The notes under the pieces: generated by a model
Database searches by the model: none
Told to the model about the DNA's origin: nothing
What the model saw: the letters and a program-made list of their open reading frames with translations, nothing else
Assembly: GCF_963921235.1 (NCBI RefSeq)
Contig: NC_086109.1
Location: forward strand, 11,286,001-11,350,000
Length of the DNA: 64,000 nt
Direction: 5' to 3'
From: Mobula hypostoma
Taxonomy: Eukaryota
Position numbers and translations under genes: made by a program
In this document: one piece after another, positions 11,528 to 23,549 of the stretch
Layout of the letters: each line of letters begins with the position of its first letter
Position numbering within the stretch: the first letter of the stretch is position 1

Positions 11528-12735
11528 GTAAGAGCTGTCAGTTAAGGCGAAATATATATTTTAAGTCTTCCTCGTGCGCAATGAAAATTGAGTCAACCAA
11601 AAGCATCAGCATGGACACAATGGGCAGAAGGACCCATTGCTGTGCCGTAACCTGCTTTAATTAATTGCAACAGCTCTTGTATAAATATATAAATGTTTTC
11701 CATAACTTTTTTATTTGTTACACATTCGCTGAAAATGAGTTTAATTTTTTTTTAACCTTACTGTAGCTTACATCAGAATTGGAGGTTGTGGAACTGTTGA
11801 GCTGATGATCATTGAAGACCTTCCAAACAAAATTCCTGGTCATACGTGTGTGTGCATGGAAGTGCAGGGCAGGAGTGAGATGTGAACGAGTATTAAACAC
11901 AGTCACACCAACTCTGGAAGTGACTCTTCATGGATGAAAACCAGTGCAGAGACAGTCTTTGAGCAATCATGGAGAGGGTTATTAGTTAATTTCAAGGTCT
12001 GTGTACATTCCAAAATGCACAAAATCCTGTGTGGTGTGATATTAAAAGAAGCTAATAAATGAGCGGAAGACCTGGGGGCAGCTTTACAGCGCCAGTGTCC
12101 TGGGTTCAATTTCTGCCGTGGTCTGCAAGAAGTTTGTACGTTCTCCCCGTGACTGTGTGGGTTTCCTCTGGGTGTTCTGGTTTCCTCCCACGTTCCAAAG
12201 ACGTGCAGAGTGGTAGGTTAATTGTTGACAAGGGTGTAAGTAGGCAGCACAGGTTAACTGGGCCAGAAGGGCCTGCTACCATGCTCTATCTCTTAAATAG
12301 AATAAATAATATTAAAGGTGTCCGCTGCTGAAAGCCCAGCAGTGGGGTGTGCATCAGGAAGTTTTAGATTCAGACATTTTGACTACATTCAAAAATAGTT
12401 CTGGTGTTCAAAGAATGCAGACTTTTCGAAACGGTGATTTTAATCTAGGCCTATTCTTCATTTTTTTTAAAAACACTATTCCATCAATCATATTTATCCT
12501 TCGAATGATATTTTTGTATTCAGTTATGGGATATGGGGAAGAGGCAGAGGTATTAAGTTGAGTCAAAGGTCATTGTGATCTTTGAAGGTAGGATAGTCAC
12601 AGCAGGTAACACCCTCTTCCTGTTTTCAATTGCTTTTTAATTTTAATTATTGGTTTAGCTGTACATTTTAATCTTGTATTTCCTATTTTTTAGTCATAGC
12701 ATTTGTGTTAATTCTTCCCAAATATATTTTTGCAG

Positions 12736-12825
12736 GCTTTGGAGAAAGTTGCAGCCTATATGAAATCTGACCGCTATATGAAAGGCCCATTCAATAACAA
12801 GATGGCCTTGTGGGGCAACAAGTAG
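12736..12825 (+). CDS. GSTM: Mu-class GST, terminal coding exon (equivalent to GSTM exon 8)
   Basis: TTTTTGCAG acceptor; ALEKVAAYMKSDRYMKGPFNNKMALWGNK then TAG (12823-12825). The WGNK C-terminus is typical of mu-class GSTs. Upstream exons were not found and presumably lie before position 1. Confidence 0.96.
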   Translation, partial: ALEKVAAYMKSDRYMKGPFNNKMALWGNK

Positions 12826-12882
12826 AGAAAGATCTTGGACTTTCTACCAGATCCTTAAAATGTACATGAGCTTTTCAGCTCC

Positions 12883-12888
12883 AATAAA
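12883..12888 (+). terminator. Probable polyadenylation signal of the GSTM gene
   Basis: AATAAA 57 nt after the stop codon, followed by T/GT-rich sequence at about 12910-12940. Confidence 0.7.
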
Positions 12889-12965
12889 GAATGAAATGAG
12901 ATGGTAAAATTTGGGATTATTTGTCTCTGTTCCTTTTTCTAATCTGCACAAAATTATCTTGGACC

Positions 12966-13162
12966 AATACTTTATTACTTTTTTGTCGCCAAGCAATTGA
13001 TACTAGAGCGTACAATCATCACAGCGATATTTGATCCTGCGCTTCATGCTCCCTGGTGTACAAATCGATAGTAAATATAATAATTTAAATTATAAATCAT
13101 AAATAGAAAAGGGAAAGTAAGGTAGTGTAAAAAAACCGAGAGGCAGGTCTGGATATTTGGAG
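12966..13162 (-). mobile_element. Rex-like LINE 3' UTR fragment just downstream of the GSTM polyA signal
   Basis: Reverse complement matches the 3' tail at ~22710-22910 (ATATCGCTGTGATGATTGTACG..TAGTATCAATTG.TTGGCGAC). Confidence 0.75.
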
Positions 13163-14070
13163 CGCTGCAAGTACCAGTACTTAAGAGACGTAATGAGATG
13201 AAATTAAGAGCAAGTCTGCACCACTTGGATGCTGTTGGGTGTAAACCAGGGAAATTTCTCTACTTTTCAAGTTAAGTAGTGGAAGTACAAACTATTAGGG
13301 GTGAGGTAAGAGGGGTGGCATGGTAGCATAGCGGTTAGTGCGTTGCTTTACGGTGCCAGCTAGCGATCAGCGGTTGGGGTTCAATTCCTACCACTGCCTG
13401 TAATGAGTTTGTACGTTCTCCCTGTGATTGCTTAGGCTCTCTCCGGTTGCTCCAGCTTCCTCCCACAGTCCAAAGATGTGGATTAGTGAATTGTGAGCAT
13501 GTTATGCTGGGTCTGGAAGCGTGGCAATGCTTGCAAGTTGCCGGCCACAGTCACTCTATGTTTCAATATACAGTTCATGTGATAAATCAAGCTAACCTTT
13601 TTTTAAAAAAAAAAAAATCTTTTTTTTTAATAGATATCAAGGCAGCATTTGATTAAGTGTGATATCAAGAACCTCTGGTAAAACACAATGTGGTTGTTAG
13701 AGGCCAGTCACACTAGCCTGAAGAGTTCCTCAAAGCACAGTCCTCAGCCATCCGTCTTCCTCTGCCAGTACAATGCTGTCCACTTCAGAGGTTTTGTTGA
13801 TATTCCATTGTATTTCTTTGTGCTCAGACCCCAACTTGAATGAGCACAGCAGCCTACCTTTAAAAGAGCCCTCTTGGAAATCCAAGTCTTTAGCCTGAGG
13901 AAGCTTGAGGGAAGCAAAACTGGATTCTCTCCCATTCTATCCCCACCAAACACCCCCTGACTTTAAGCAACAAGCCCTCCTCTACTCCCATACATGTGCA
14001 AATACAAAAAATGCCCCCTTTCCTTAGCTTACTGCCCATTTCAACTGTGTTTTTCCCCCCCCCCACCTTA

Positions 14071-14308
14071 GGAGGGAGGGAGGGAACATCGACTCAGACC
14101 ATGAGAGGCCTGCGTCGGGCATTTTCATGCCTTACAAGGTGCAAGTTGGAAGTCTGTGTGGGGACGCCACTCCTCGCACAGACACGAGAGCAATGTGTGG
14201 TTAAGAGCCTTGCTCAAGGACACAAACACGCTGCCACAGCTGAGGTTTGAACTAGCGACCTTCAGATCACTAGACCAACACCTTAACCACCTGGCCATAT
14301 GCCCAACA
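14071..14308 (-). mobile_element. tRNA-head CORE-type SINE, tail variant A
   Basis: Minus strand: A box TGGCCAGGTGG, B box GTTCAAACC, core GTGTCCTTGAGCAAGGCTCTTAACCACACATTGCT, tail ...GGCCTCTCATGGTCTGAGTCGATGTT(CCCT)n. Confidence 0.8.
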
Positions 14309-14992
14309 CCGTAGTCAAATCATGCAATAAAATCTGGCATACCCTCCCACTCTTAAGATAAATGATTAATAAGGATATATTGCAAGAAAGGCAAGTGAAG
14401 TTAAACCAGGTTAATGAAGGTGTATACCATTTCAGAGTGGCAGGGTCCAATGACACTGTCTCCAGTAATGAGATTGACAAACACAGGAGGGGTGATTTTC
14501 CCACTGCCCCCATCCACTTCTGCTGTGGACGGGGTTAAAATGATGAGGCAGCTGAAGATAGTTGGCGGAGGACTGAGGAACTCTTCATGGTAGTGGGACT
14601 GACCTCTAACAACCACAGCCATCTTCCTTTGACTTCAGACAATTGAGTATTTCCCATTGACTTTCATTTACTGAAGCTTCTTTATGCCATGCTCAGTCAA
14701 GTGCTGCCTTGTGTAGTAGCAGCCCCTCTTGTCTCATCCCTGATGTTCTGTTCCTTTGGAATATTTTAGGACCAAGGCTGGAGCTGAGTGATCGTGGTGA
14801 AATCTCGCATCAGTGAGAAAGTTATTTACCAAATGGCACTGCTGGTTAAACTGTCAATACTTGACAGATGATTTGGCATTATTAGGATTGAAATGGGAAA
14901 TTATTGGGCATTTTTCAGTGTCTCTAATCATTACCAGTGTTGAAAATGTACTGGGATAGCCTAACTAATAGCAAGGTTAGCGACCAGGACTG

Positions 14993-15518
14993 CACTTGGT
15001 GGCCACTTCAGTTCATAAAGGAGTATAATCTGGAGTGGTCTTCTGTTGTTTTAGCCCATCCACTTCAAAGTTCAATGTGATGTGTGTTCCGAAATGCTCC
15101 TCTGCACACCAGTGTTGTAACTCGTGGTTATTTGAGTTGCCTTCGCTTTCCTGTCAGCATGAACCAGTCTGGCCAATATCCCCTGAACTCTCTCATTACC
15201 AAGCCCACACAACCCCCGCTCTCTTGGATGTATTTTTCTCTAACACACCATTGTCTGTAAAGTCTAGATGAAAATCCCAGGAGATCAGTTTCTGAGAATG
15301 TCAAACCACCCTTTCTGGCACCAACAATCAGTGCATGGTCAGAGTAACTTTGATCACATTTCTTCCCTATTATGATGCTTGGTCTAAAACACAACTGATT
15401 CTCTTGACCATGTATGTCTGCATGCTCTTATGCATTGAGTTGCTGCCACATGATTGGCTGATTAAATATTTGCATTAATGAGTATGTGCATAGGTGTACT
15501 TAAAGTAGCCACTGAGTA
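14993..15518 (-). mobile_element. Tc1-like transposon deletion derivative
   Basis: Degenerate CACT..GTGGCCACTT TIRs; minus strand GKKCD.S.SD...IVGAR.GGL.FSETDLLGFS, a Tc1 transposase N-terminal HTH remnant. Confidence 0.8.
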
Positions 15519-15751
15519 TATAATCAAGATGAGGTCTGCTACTGTAGCAATCACTGCATCCATTACTCTCAGAATCATGGAGTGAATCGAATTGGTTGAA
15601 GATTTGATTTCTCTGGCAGTTAGGATCTCAGGAAGAAGACGAGACTGATCACCCACTCAATACTAATGGATCAGCATTTCAGCTTCCTTTAGCGTTGTTG
15701 ATGGAGATGTTGAAGTTCTTGAGCTGCCTTCTCTCATTTAACTGATTAATT

Positions 15752-16125
15752 GTCCATAAGATACTGGAGTAGAATTGGCCCATCAAGTCCACTCCACCAT
15801 TTGATCATGGCTGATTGCTTTCCCTCTCACCCCATTCTCCTGCCTTCTCTCCATAATCCTTGACACTCTTGCTAATCAAGAATCTATCAACCTCTGGTTT
15901 AAATGACTTGACCTCTACAGTTATCTGTGGCAATGCTTTCTGCAGATCCACTACACCCTGGCTAAAGAAATGCCTTCTCGTCTCTGTTCCAATGGGATAT
16001 CCTTCTATTCCGAGGCTGTGTCCTCTGGTCCTAGGCTTTCCCACTTTTGGAAACAACCTCTCCACCTCCACTTTATCTAGGCCTTTCAATAGTTGGTTGG
16101 TTTCAATGAGATCCTCCTTTCATGT
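15752..16125 (-). mobile_element. CR1 LINE 3' fragment
   Basis: ORF 15805-16089: MKGLDKV.VERLFP.VG..RTRGHSL.I...FFSQGVV.L..ALPQ, a typical CR1 ORF2 C-terminus. Confidence 0.85.
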
Positions 16126-16344
16126 TTTAAAAGTAAACTGAGTCCGCTTAAGCACTTGTGGGTAGAGAGGGACGGGCTAGTCTGCAGCTTTTAAAGAATG
16201 AAACATTATATTTGACTGAACTCTTGATGTCTCACCGGATTAAGTCTTCAAAACCTCAAAGTAAATATGTCACCATATCCAACCCTGAGATTCATTTTCT
16301 TGTGGACATACTTAATTAAGCTATAGAGTAATAACCATAACCAA

Positions 16345-16782
16345 ATCCTGACTGGCTGCATCACTGCCTGGTATGGGAACTGTATTTCCCTCAATCGCAG
16401 GGCTCTGCAGAGAGTGGTGCGGACAGCCCAGCGCATCTGTAGATGTGCACTTCCCACTGTTTAGGACATTTACAAAGACAGGTATGTAAAAAGGGCCCGA
16501 AGAATCACTGGGGACCCGAGTCACCCCAACCACAAACTGTTATAGCTGCTACCATCCAGAAAGTGGTACCACAGCCTAAAAGCCAGGACCAACAGGCTCG
16601 GGGACAGCTTCTTCCACCAGGCCATCACACTGCTTCATTCATGCTGACACAACTGTATTTCTATGTTATATTGACTATTCCGTTGTACATAATATTTATT
16701 ATAAATTGCACATTTAGACAGAGATGTAATGTAAAGCTTTTTACTCATGAATATTAAGGATGTAAGTAATAAAGTCAATTCA
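16345..16782 (+). mobile_element. Rex1/Babar-like LINE 3' fragment nested in another LINE tail (~16247-16990, -)
   Basis: Nearly identical to 85-520; interrupts a minus-strand LINE 3' UTR. Confidence 0.8.
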
Positions 16783-17295
16783 GTTTAATGAAAGACCACC
16801 CAACTTGGGTATGCAACCAGAGGCAGAAGAGAACAAACTGTCCAAATACAAAAATAAATAATAAATCAGTAATAAATATCGAGAACATGAGATAAAGAGT
16901 CTTTGAAAGTGATTCCATTGGTTGTGGGAACAGTTCAAAGATGAGGCAAGTGAAGCTGAATGAAATTGTTCCCTTTGGTTTAAGTGCCTGCTGGTCTTCA
17001 CATTGAGCATGTTTTACTTGAGTGGCCTTTGTGGAAACTTATTCTGACGTTTATTCTCCTGTGTACTGAGGTAGTGAAAAACTTTTTTTGCATACTGTTC
17101 ACACAAATTAATACATTGCAACAATGGATTAAGGCATTAAATCATAAGCACAAGAGATTTTGCAGATACTGAAAATCCAGAGTAACACACAAAATGCTGG
17201 AGGAACTCAGCAGGGTAGGCAGCATCTATGGAGAAGGGTCTCAACCTGAAACATTGACTGCTTCGTCCTTCCCATAGATACTGCCTGACCCGCTG

Positions 17296-18190
17296 TGTAC
17301 ATACATCTATTGATGCTTCTGGACACATCTTCAGTGATGTTCCTGGAATCATCGGGTGTTTCGGGTCTTTCAACATCATACAACCTCCTCCGGGTGACCC
17401 AGCCGGGGCTGATCAGACCCCAGCTTGTGTCCAGATGGCTAGCTACTTATGACTCCATGGCTCCCCTCTTTTGAGCCACAGCCATCTTGAGGCCCTCTCT
17501 GCCGCGTCGGTGGTACTGCGGAAGGCTCTCCTCTTCCTCTCTCCCTCGATGTCCAAAATGCTGAAGGCTCTAACTAAAGAACGGGCTACGAATCCCCTAC
17601 AACCAACCTCCACTGGGAGACACCTCACAATTGTTGTCATGGCTTGCAGCTTCCTATCAACCCCTCCCTTTGCTGTTGCCTCCAGAACTTGGTTAACATC
17701 TTCATCAAACTGCTTCCACAGTGAAGTCATGTTAGCCGCAGGCCATTTGATCCACCTCCTGTTAGACTTCGTGTTAGAGGGATTAGTTTGCAACACTTGG
17801 AGGTTCCGGGCACTGGCCCCTCCTTCATCTCACCAGGTTGGACACCTGCACGTTGTGCTGCTCCTGCTCCCGCCAAACACTTCATCCTCGCTTGGTGGAT
17901 CTTCAAGCCGCGTTCGTTCTTGCAGATTTTGCCACATGCACACTGCTTCCTCATCGTCGTTTGTTCATTGCCTGGGTCTGATGTCGTTGTGTCCATCCGA
18001 CTGAGGTGCTCATCCTCCCCCTCTCTCAGGCACCCCTGGGGGTGTCTTTCCCTTAGATTCAATGTGGCTTTTGTAGGGGTCCTCCTCTCAGAGGACACAG
18101 ATTGGGTCGCCAGCCTGTTCTGCCCCGGTTGCCGTCTCTCCGGGCTGTCACTGACTCTCCAGTCGTCACCACTCTTTTCGTGGTTGTCAC
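17296..18190 (-). mobile_element. Internally deleted RLE-type non-LTR retrotransposon (HERO-like), inserted into a PLE fold-back element
   Basis: Minus strand carries N-terminal CACGKICKNERGLKIHQARMKC and IKWP...W.QFDEDV, fused directly to C-terminal CLPVEVGCRGF...AAERASRWLWLKR; no RT. The host sequence CCTGACCCGCTG|CTGAGTTCCTCCAGC resumes on both sides. Confidence 0.78.
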
Positions 18191-18849
18191 CTGAGTTCCT
18201 CCAGCATTTTGTGCGTGTTGAATTGAGGTAGAACAATGACAGAATGCAGAATAAATTGCAACAGCTGCAGAGGAAGTGCACCACAGGCAGACAATAAAGT
18301 GCAAGCAAACAAGAGGTAGATTGTGAGGTCAGGGGTCCATCTTTTCATAGTAGGGAACTGTTCAATTACCTTGTTACAGCCTCCTTTAGGCTGGTGGCAT
18401 ATGCTTTCAGGTTTTTACATCTGCCCGATGTGAATGACTGGCCTGGGTGGGATCTTGATTATGTCGACATTGCTTTATTATTGTCACATATACCAAGTTG
18501 CAGTGAAAATCTCGTCTTGCATATTGTTCATGCAGATCGAATTATTACACAGTACTTTGAGGTAGAACAAGGTAAAACAATAACTGAACAGAATGAAGTG
18601 CGAGGTCATAATGAGGTAGATTGCCAGGTCAAGAATCCACCTTATCGTACAAGGTCTGTTCAAGAGTTTGATAGAAGCTACCATGACTACAGAGGCTCAG
18701 CAGGGAAAGTGTCTTCTGTCAGTGGGTGCATTTGGGCTGAACCTCTCAAACTTATTGCTGATAAAATACTTAGAACCAATAAACAATGACTGAAGGTAAC
18801 TTTATATTTAGTAAATAGTTTATTACTGGGAAAAATACTAGTAGTTATC

Positions 18850-19500
18850 ATCAACGTCCACCGCGAACATTAAAAAAAAACAACTAATTTCCTCTCTTCG
18901 AAATGTTTTTCTCCCTCTCTCAAGGTTGCAAACCGAGGGGCAACTTCCTGAAGGGGCGGGGCTTACGCGTGAACGTCAGTCGTGCAGTGCTGGCACGGCT
19001 GGTCACGTCAAGTTAGGGCACGTACGGAGGCGGTGCTCGGCTACGGTCAGCGGAGTTTTGGTCGCCGCCTTCGAGAACCCTCACTCGGAGCCGGTCGCGG
19101 TAGATAGAGGCATGGCAGAGCTTTTGAAGAAAGGATTCCCTGAACCGGTGGAGGGGAAAGGCGTGAAGGAGGGGCTGAAGGCCAAGGAAGTGAAGGAGAA
19201 CGCCAACGCGGAGAGGGCGCAGAGCGACGACAAGACCAAGGGGGGCATGGACAAGTTCTCCCTCAACGCCGAGGGTCAGAAGCAGCCGAATCCAGTTGTC
19301 TTCAACAACGACAGTGGCGTCGTGGCGTCGCACAAACCGGTAAAGAAGGTGAGTCGCAGGGGAGGGGGAAAGATTAGAGGCAACGATCATCCTGACGATG
19401 CCTTGCGGGAGTTGTAGTCTTTCAGCCAGAGTTGTCAGTTAGTCATGTTAGATGAGGACTACAAGTTCCAGGGTGCGTTGCTTCGTGGCGCATGCGTACT
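18850..19500 (+). promoter_or_regulatory. CpG-island promoter / first-exon region of the AHCYL1-like gene
   Basis: Sharp local rise in GC and CpG against a CpG-depleted background. ETS-like ACTTCCTG 18943-18950, GC box GGGGCGGGG 18953-18961, CRE/E-box-like GGTCACGTCA 19001-19010. No TATA box seen. Confidence 0.8.
19112..19348 (+). CDS. AHCYL1: S-adenosylhomocysteine hydrolase-like protein 1 (IRBIT), first coding exon
   Basis: Kozak-context ATG (GGCATGG); 79 codons MAELLKKGFPEPVEGKGVKEGLKAKEVKEN...GMDKFSLNAE...HKPVKK; strong phase-0 donor AAG|GTGAGT at 19349. Resembles the human AHCYL1 N-terminus (GVGEELKQAKEIED..EKYSF...KAPKK, then QIQF). Linkage to GSTM favours AHCYL1 over AHCYL2. Exon 2 was not found in the window. 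Confidence 0.75.
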
Positions 19501-19519
19501 CTGTCACGGTCTGTCCTTG

Positions 19520-19880
19520 GCTTCCCCCTACCCCTCACGCTTGTGGGCTGTGATTATTCTTCCGCCCACCTTTCCCCTACCCACCGCACTCGTTTACCCA
19601 CCTTCCCCTTCCCAATGTCTCCCTCCAAACACCGATCTCTGCCCACTGTTCTCTGTCTGCCACTACTCCTTACCCCTGCTCACCGCACCCGTTCACTCAC
19701 CTTCCCCTTTTCACTGCCAACCTCCACCAGCCTACCTCTGCCCACTACTCCCCTCGTCTCCTCGTCACACCCCTCCACACGCCGCATCTGTCTGCCACTT
19801 TTCTTCTCCACCCACTACCCCCTCTCTGTCCACCTCACCCCTCCATCCATCCCCGCCACCTCCAACACACTCCTTTCTCT
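19520..19880 (+). repeat. C/T-rich low-complexity tract at the start of AHCYL1 intron 1
   Basis: Strongly pyrimidine/C-biased; produces the Pro/Ser/Leu-rich spurious ORFs at 19445 and 19492. Confidence 0.7.
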
Positions 19881-22209
19881 GAACAAAAGGTCACTTTCTG
19901 GCGTATTTCACATCCCAGATTTCTTAGCTTGTCTCCTTTCTTGCTCTTTTAGCTGTTAAAGGCACCCTGTAACTTGCTGCTTTGCTTTTGTCTTTCTAAA
20001 TGAAATAAAACTGGATATTACGATGAGAAATATTGGATAGATTTTTTCTTATTTACCTACTTGATTTTCAGTCCACCTTGAAAAAGTGATGAAAGAATGA
20101 TAATTCCCTAGTGCGATATTTCTGTCTGTGTTACATTTGTGTTTTTGTTTGGCTCAGGTTCTCGCCAGTTTTGCTTTATGTAAAAGAAAAAAATAACTGT
20201 TGAATTTATTAGCACACTATATGATATTATTTGGCCATGTTTCAGTTTCATTAATCAGGAATCTTGCAATAATTCTGTCATCTCTTAGCTTGAGAAAAGG
20301 TAAATTCTGTAAATTCAGACAGCACCTGGAATTTTCAAGTTTAATTGTCATTCAACCGTACATGAATATAGCCAAATGAAATAGCGTTGCTCGTGGGCCA
20401 AGGTGCAAAATGGTCATACACAGTACAAGGCCCATATAACAAATATATATGGTGGCAGTAAACATACAGTCATATAAAATGTATAAAATATAGAAATGCC
20501 CTTTGGCCAAGTGGGTCTCCAACCATCAAGAACCCATTTACAGTAATGTTACACAGTCCCATTTTATTCTCTGCACATTCCTATCAACCTCTGATTGTAC
20601 ATTCACCTATGCACTACTGACAATTTGCATTGGCCAATTAACCTAACAGTCAGCATCTCTGGGATCTAGCAGGAAGACAGAACATTCAAGGGAAACCTGG
20701 GACAGAGAGAATGTGCATACTCCAAACACCTAGCACCAGAGGTTGGATCAAATTGTCCTAGTCAATATAACAAAAGCAAGGCACTGAATGTGCTCAGGTC
20801 AGGTCATGTCTGTGGGAAGAGAAACAGAGTTCACTTTCTTGAGGTGAATGCCCTTACTGGAGCATTCCAATAATCAGGAGTATCTTATCGGGAGTTTTTA
20901 TAATTTCCTCAGAATTTTTTAAGCATTGAATAAACTTTTAAAATTTCAAAGTCACTTATAGTTACTATTTTGACTTTTAGAATGCCAGCCTTTATTTATC
21001 ATTGTAAATATTGAGCTTTAAGGCTGAAGTAATTTTTGAAGGATTAGTGATGTTGTATTGGATTTGGGAATAAGTTTTAAAGCTGATGATTGAACAGTGA
21101 GGAATATTAATTCAATGTGAGTGGTGTTCTGTTGTAGTCACAGCAGCACTTGGTGTGTCCTTTAATGTGAAGGCTGTTTGTACTGAAAGTACTGTGCTCA
21201 AAAAGTCTATGAATTCTGTATTAGCACTTACTGTCCCAGCTATATAAAAACCAAAGCAAGGAGAGCATTCCAAACATCCTTCAAATGTGGTATTTCTGGG
21301 GGGAGAAAGCTACTGAGAGTTAATTAACCTTTAAGCTTGTGATAATTGATAATTTGTTACAACTATTGGATTTTGAATCCTGTACATAAAGGAAGTTGAT
21401 ATTAGTGTTAATGGTTGGTTATAACTTAAAACGCAATTTTAAAAGAGCTATTTAAAATACATATTTATGTTTCAGATAGATAAAGGTTGTCTTCCTGTAG
21501 AACTTAAAAGCATTCAAGTTGGTCTGAATTTCTTTTTGATTTCAGTTAACAGTGGTTTAAAAAAAATCTTGCATTTTCAAGTTCAATTTTATTGCCATTC
21601 ATCACATACAGCTGAATGAATCAGAATCAGGTTTATTATCACTGGGATGTGATGTGAAATTTGTTAACTTAGTAGCAGCAGTTCAATGCAACACATAATC
21701 TAGCAGAGAGGAAAAAAAAAATAAAATAAAACATAAGTAAACAAGTAGATCAATTACGTATATTGAATAGATTTTTAAAATGTGCAAAAACAGAAATACT
21801 GTATATTTTTTTAAAGAAAGGTGATGTAGTGTCCAAAGCATCAGTGTCCATTCCTCCGGACCAATGTGCACAACACAGTATGTAGAACTGATACACAACA
21901 TATAAGCTAATGTTATCACAAATAAATTAACAAATAATAAGATGCATTTTTGACGCAATTCAAAAAAAAACAGTATACGCTCCTGGCACTTCATTTGTGA
22001 TGAGACCTGGGTGGTGACAGGTAATTCAGTACACTCATGGCCTGGAGGAAGAAGCTGATTTCCATTCTAACAGTCGTTCTATTGGTGTATTGATGTACTA
22101 AAGCCCTCTGAATAAGTTCAGACAATTGGCACCAAAACACACTGATGTATTGGGATGATAGGGCAGGAAGAAAACAGGGTGATCCAGAGAGGAAATTCAA
22201 CAGCATAGC

Positions 22210-22912
22210 CATTCAAAAGCTTTAAGTTCCTCGGGGTCAGTATCACAAATGACCTGACTTGGTCCAACCAAGCAGAGTCCACTGCCAAGAAGGCCCACCA
22301 GTGCCTTTACTTCCTGAGAAAACTAAAGAAATTTGGCCTGTCCCCTAAAACCCTCACTAATTTTTATAGATGCACCGTAGAAAGCATTCTTCTAGGGTGC
22401 ATCACAACCTGATATGGAAGTTGTCCTGTCCAAGACCGGAAGAAGCTGCAGAAGATTGTGAACACGGCGCAGCACATCACACAAACCAATCTTCCGTCCT
22501 TGGACTCACTTTACACCGCACGCTGTTGGAGCAGTGCTGCCAGGATAACCAAGGACACGACCCACCCAGCCAACACACTTTTCGTCCCTCTTCCCTCCGG
22601 GAGAAGGCTCAGAAGCTTGAAGACTCGTACGGCCAGATTTGGGATCAGCTTCTTTCCAACTGTGATAAGACTGCTGAACGGATCCTGACCCAGATCTGGG
22701 CTGTACCCTCTAAATATCTGGACCTGCCTCTCGGTTTTTTTTTGCATTACCTTACTTTCCATTTTTTTATTTTCTATTTATGATTTATAATTTAAATTTT
22801 TAATATTTACTATTGATTTATAATCCAGGGAGCGGGAAGTGCAGAATCAAATATTGCTGTGATGATTGTACGCCCTAGTATCAATTGTTTGGCGACAATG
22901 AAGTATGAAGTA
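22210..22912 (+). mobile_element. Rex1/Babar-like LINE 3' fragment (relatively young)
   Basis: FKFLGVSITNDLTWS, LYFLRKLKKFGLSPKTLTNFYRCTVESIL.GCIT, DTTHPA..LF.PLPSGRR; CpGs largely retained. Confidence 0.88.
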
Positions 22913-23549
22913 TTGTCAGCTGCTGTGGAACAATTATGTTCAAGAGGCTGGAATAGAGGAACACAGAAAGCTGGAGGCACTGCAGGAATATGCAAAAGAT
23001 TAGTAAATTCTGACCTGTTGATATTTAAAATAAGAAAGAATATTTGAAATGTGGCTTAGCCGGTCACAGAGTTAGGTTACTGAACAGATGGTGATAGGAC
23101 AGTGTTGGACGTTGTCATCAGAATATCAGAAGTACTTGAGAGTTTGAAGAATGGAAAATAGTAGTTGTATTATTTTGCTGTTGCTTACCAATTTCTATCC
23201 CTTTTGCGACCCAGTGCTGATTAGTTGTACCCTCTTTTCCTAGTTAATGATGTGTGCATTGGGGATTTTCTTGGACCATGCTTTATTTACTCTGCTGTTG
23301 GGGCCTCAAGAAGTGAACCAGTCTCAGGTGTTGAACTTGCAGAACTCGAAAAGAAAGTTTGCACGTGTTGTCTGTAGATAATTATTGAGCAAAGATTTAA
23401 TTACATCAAAAAGTTGGTTACCGTGAACGTTATTTTTAAAAATAGCATAAATTCTGTATTAACATTTACTGTCTCAGATATTTTAAAATGTACTAACTGA
23501 AAAATGCAAGGAGGACATTTTAGCCGAAAACATAAATATATTATTGGGT

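Noticed and set aside
18926..19417. 163-aa ORF as a single-exon gene
   Set aside because: It starts at a non-ATG codon in the promoter and reads through a strong GTGAGT donor; only 19112-19348 is credible coding sequence.
19445..19959. 145-aa and 155-aa Pro/Ser/Leu-rich ORFs
   Set aside because: Artefacts of a C/T-rich low-complexity tract that lacks stop codons.
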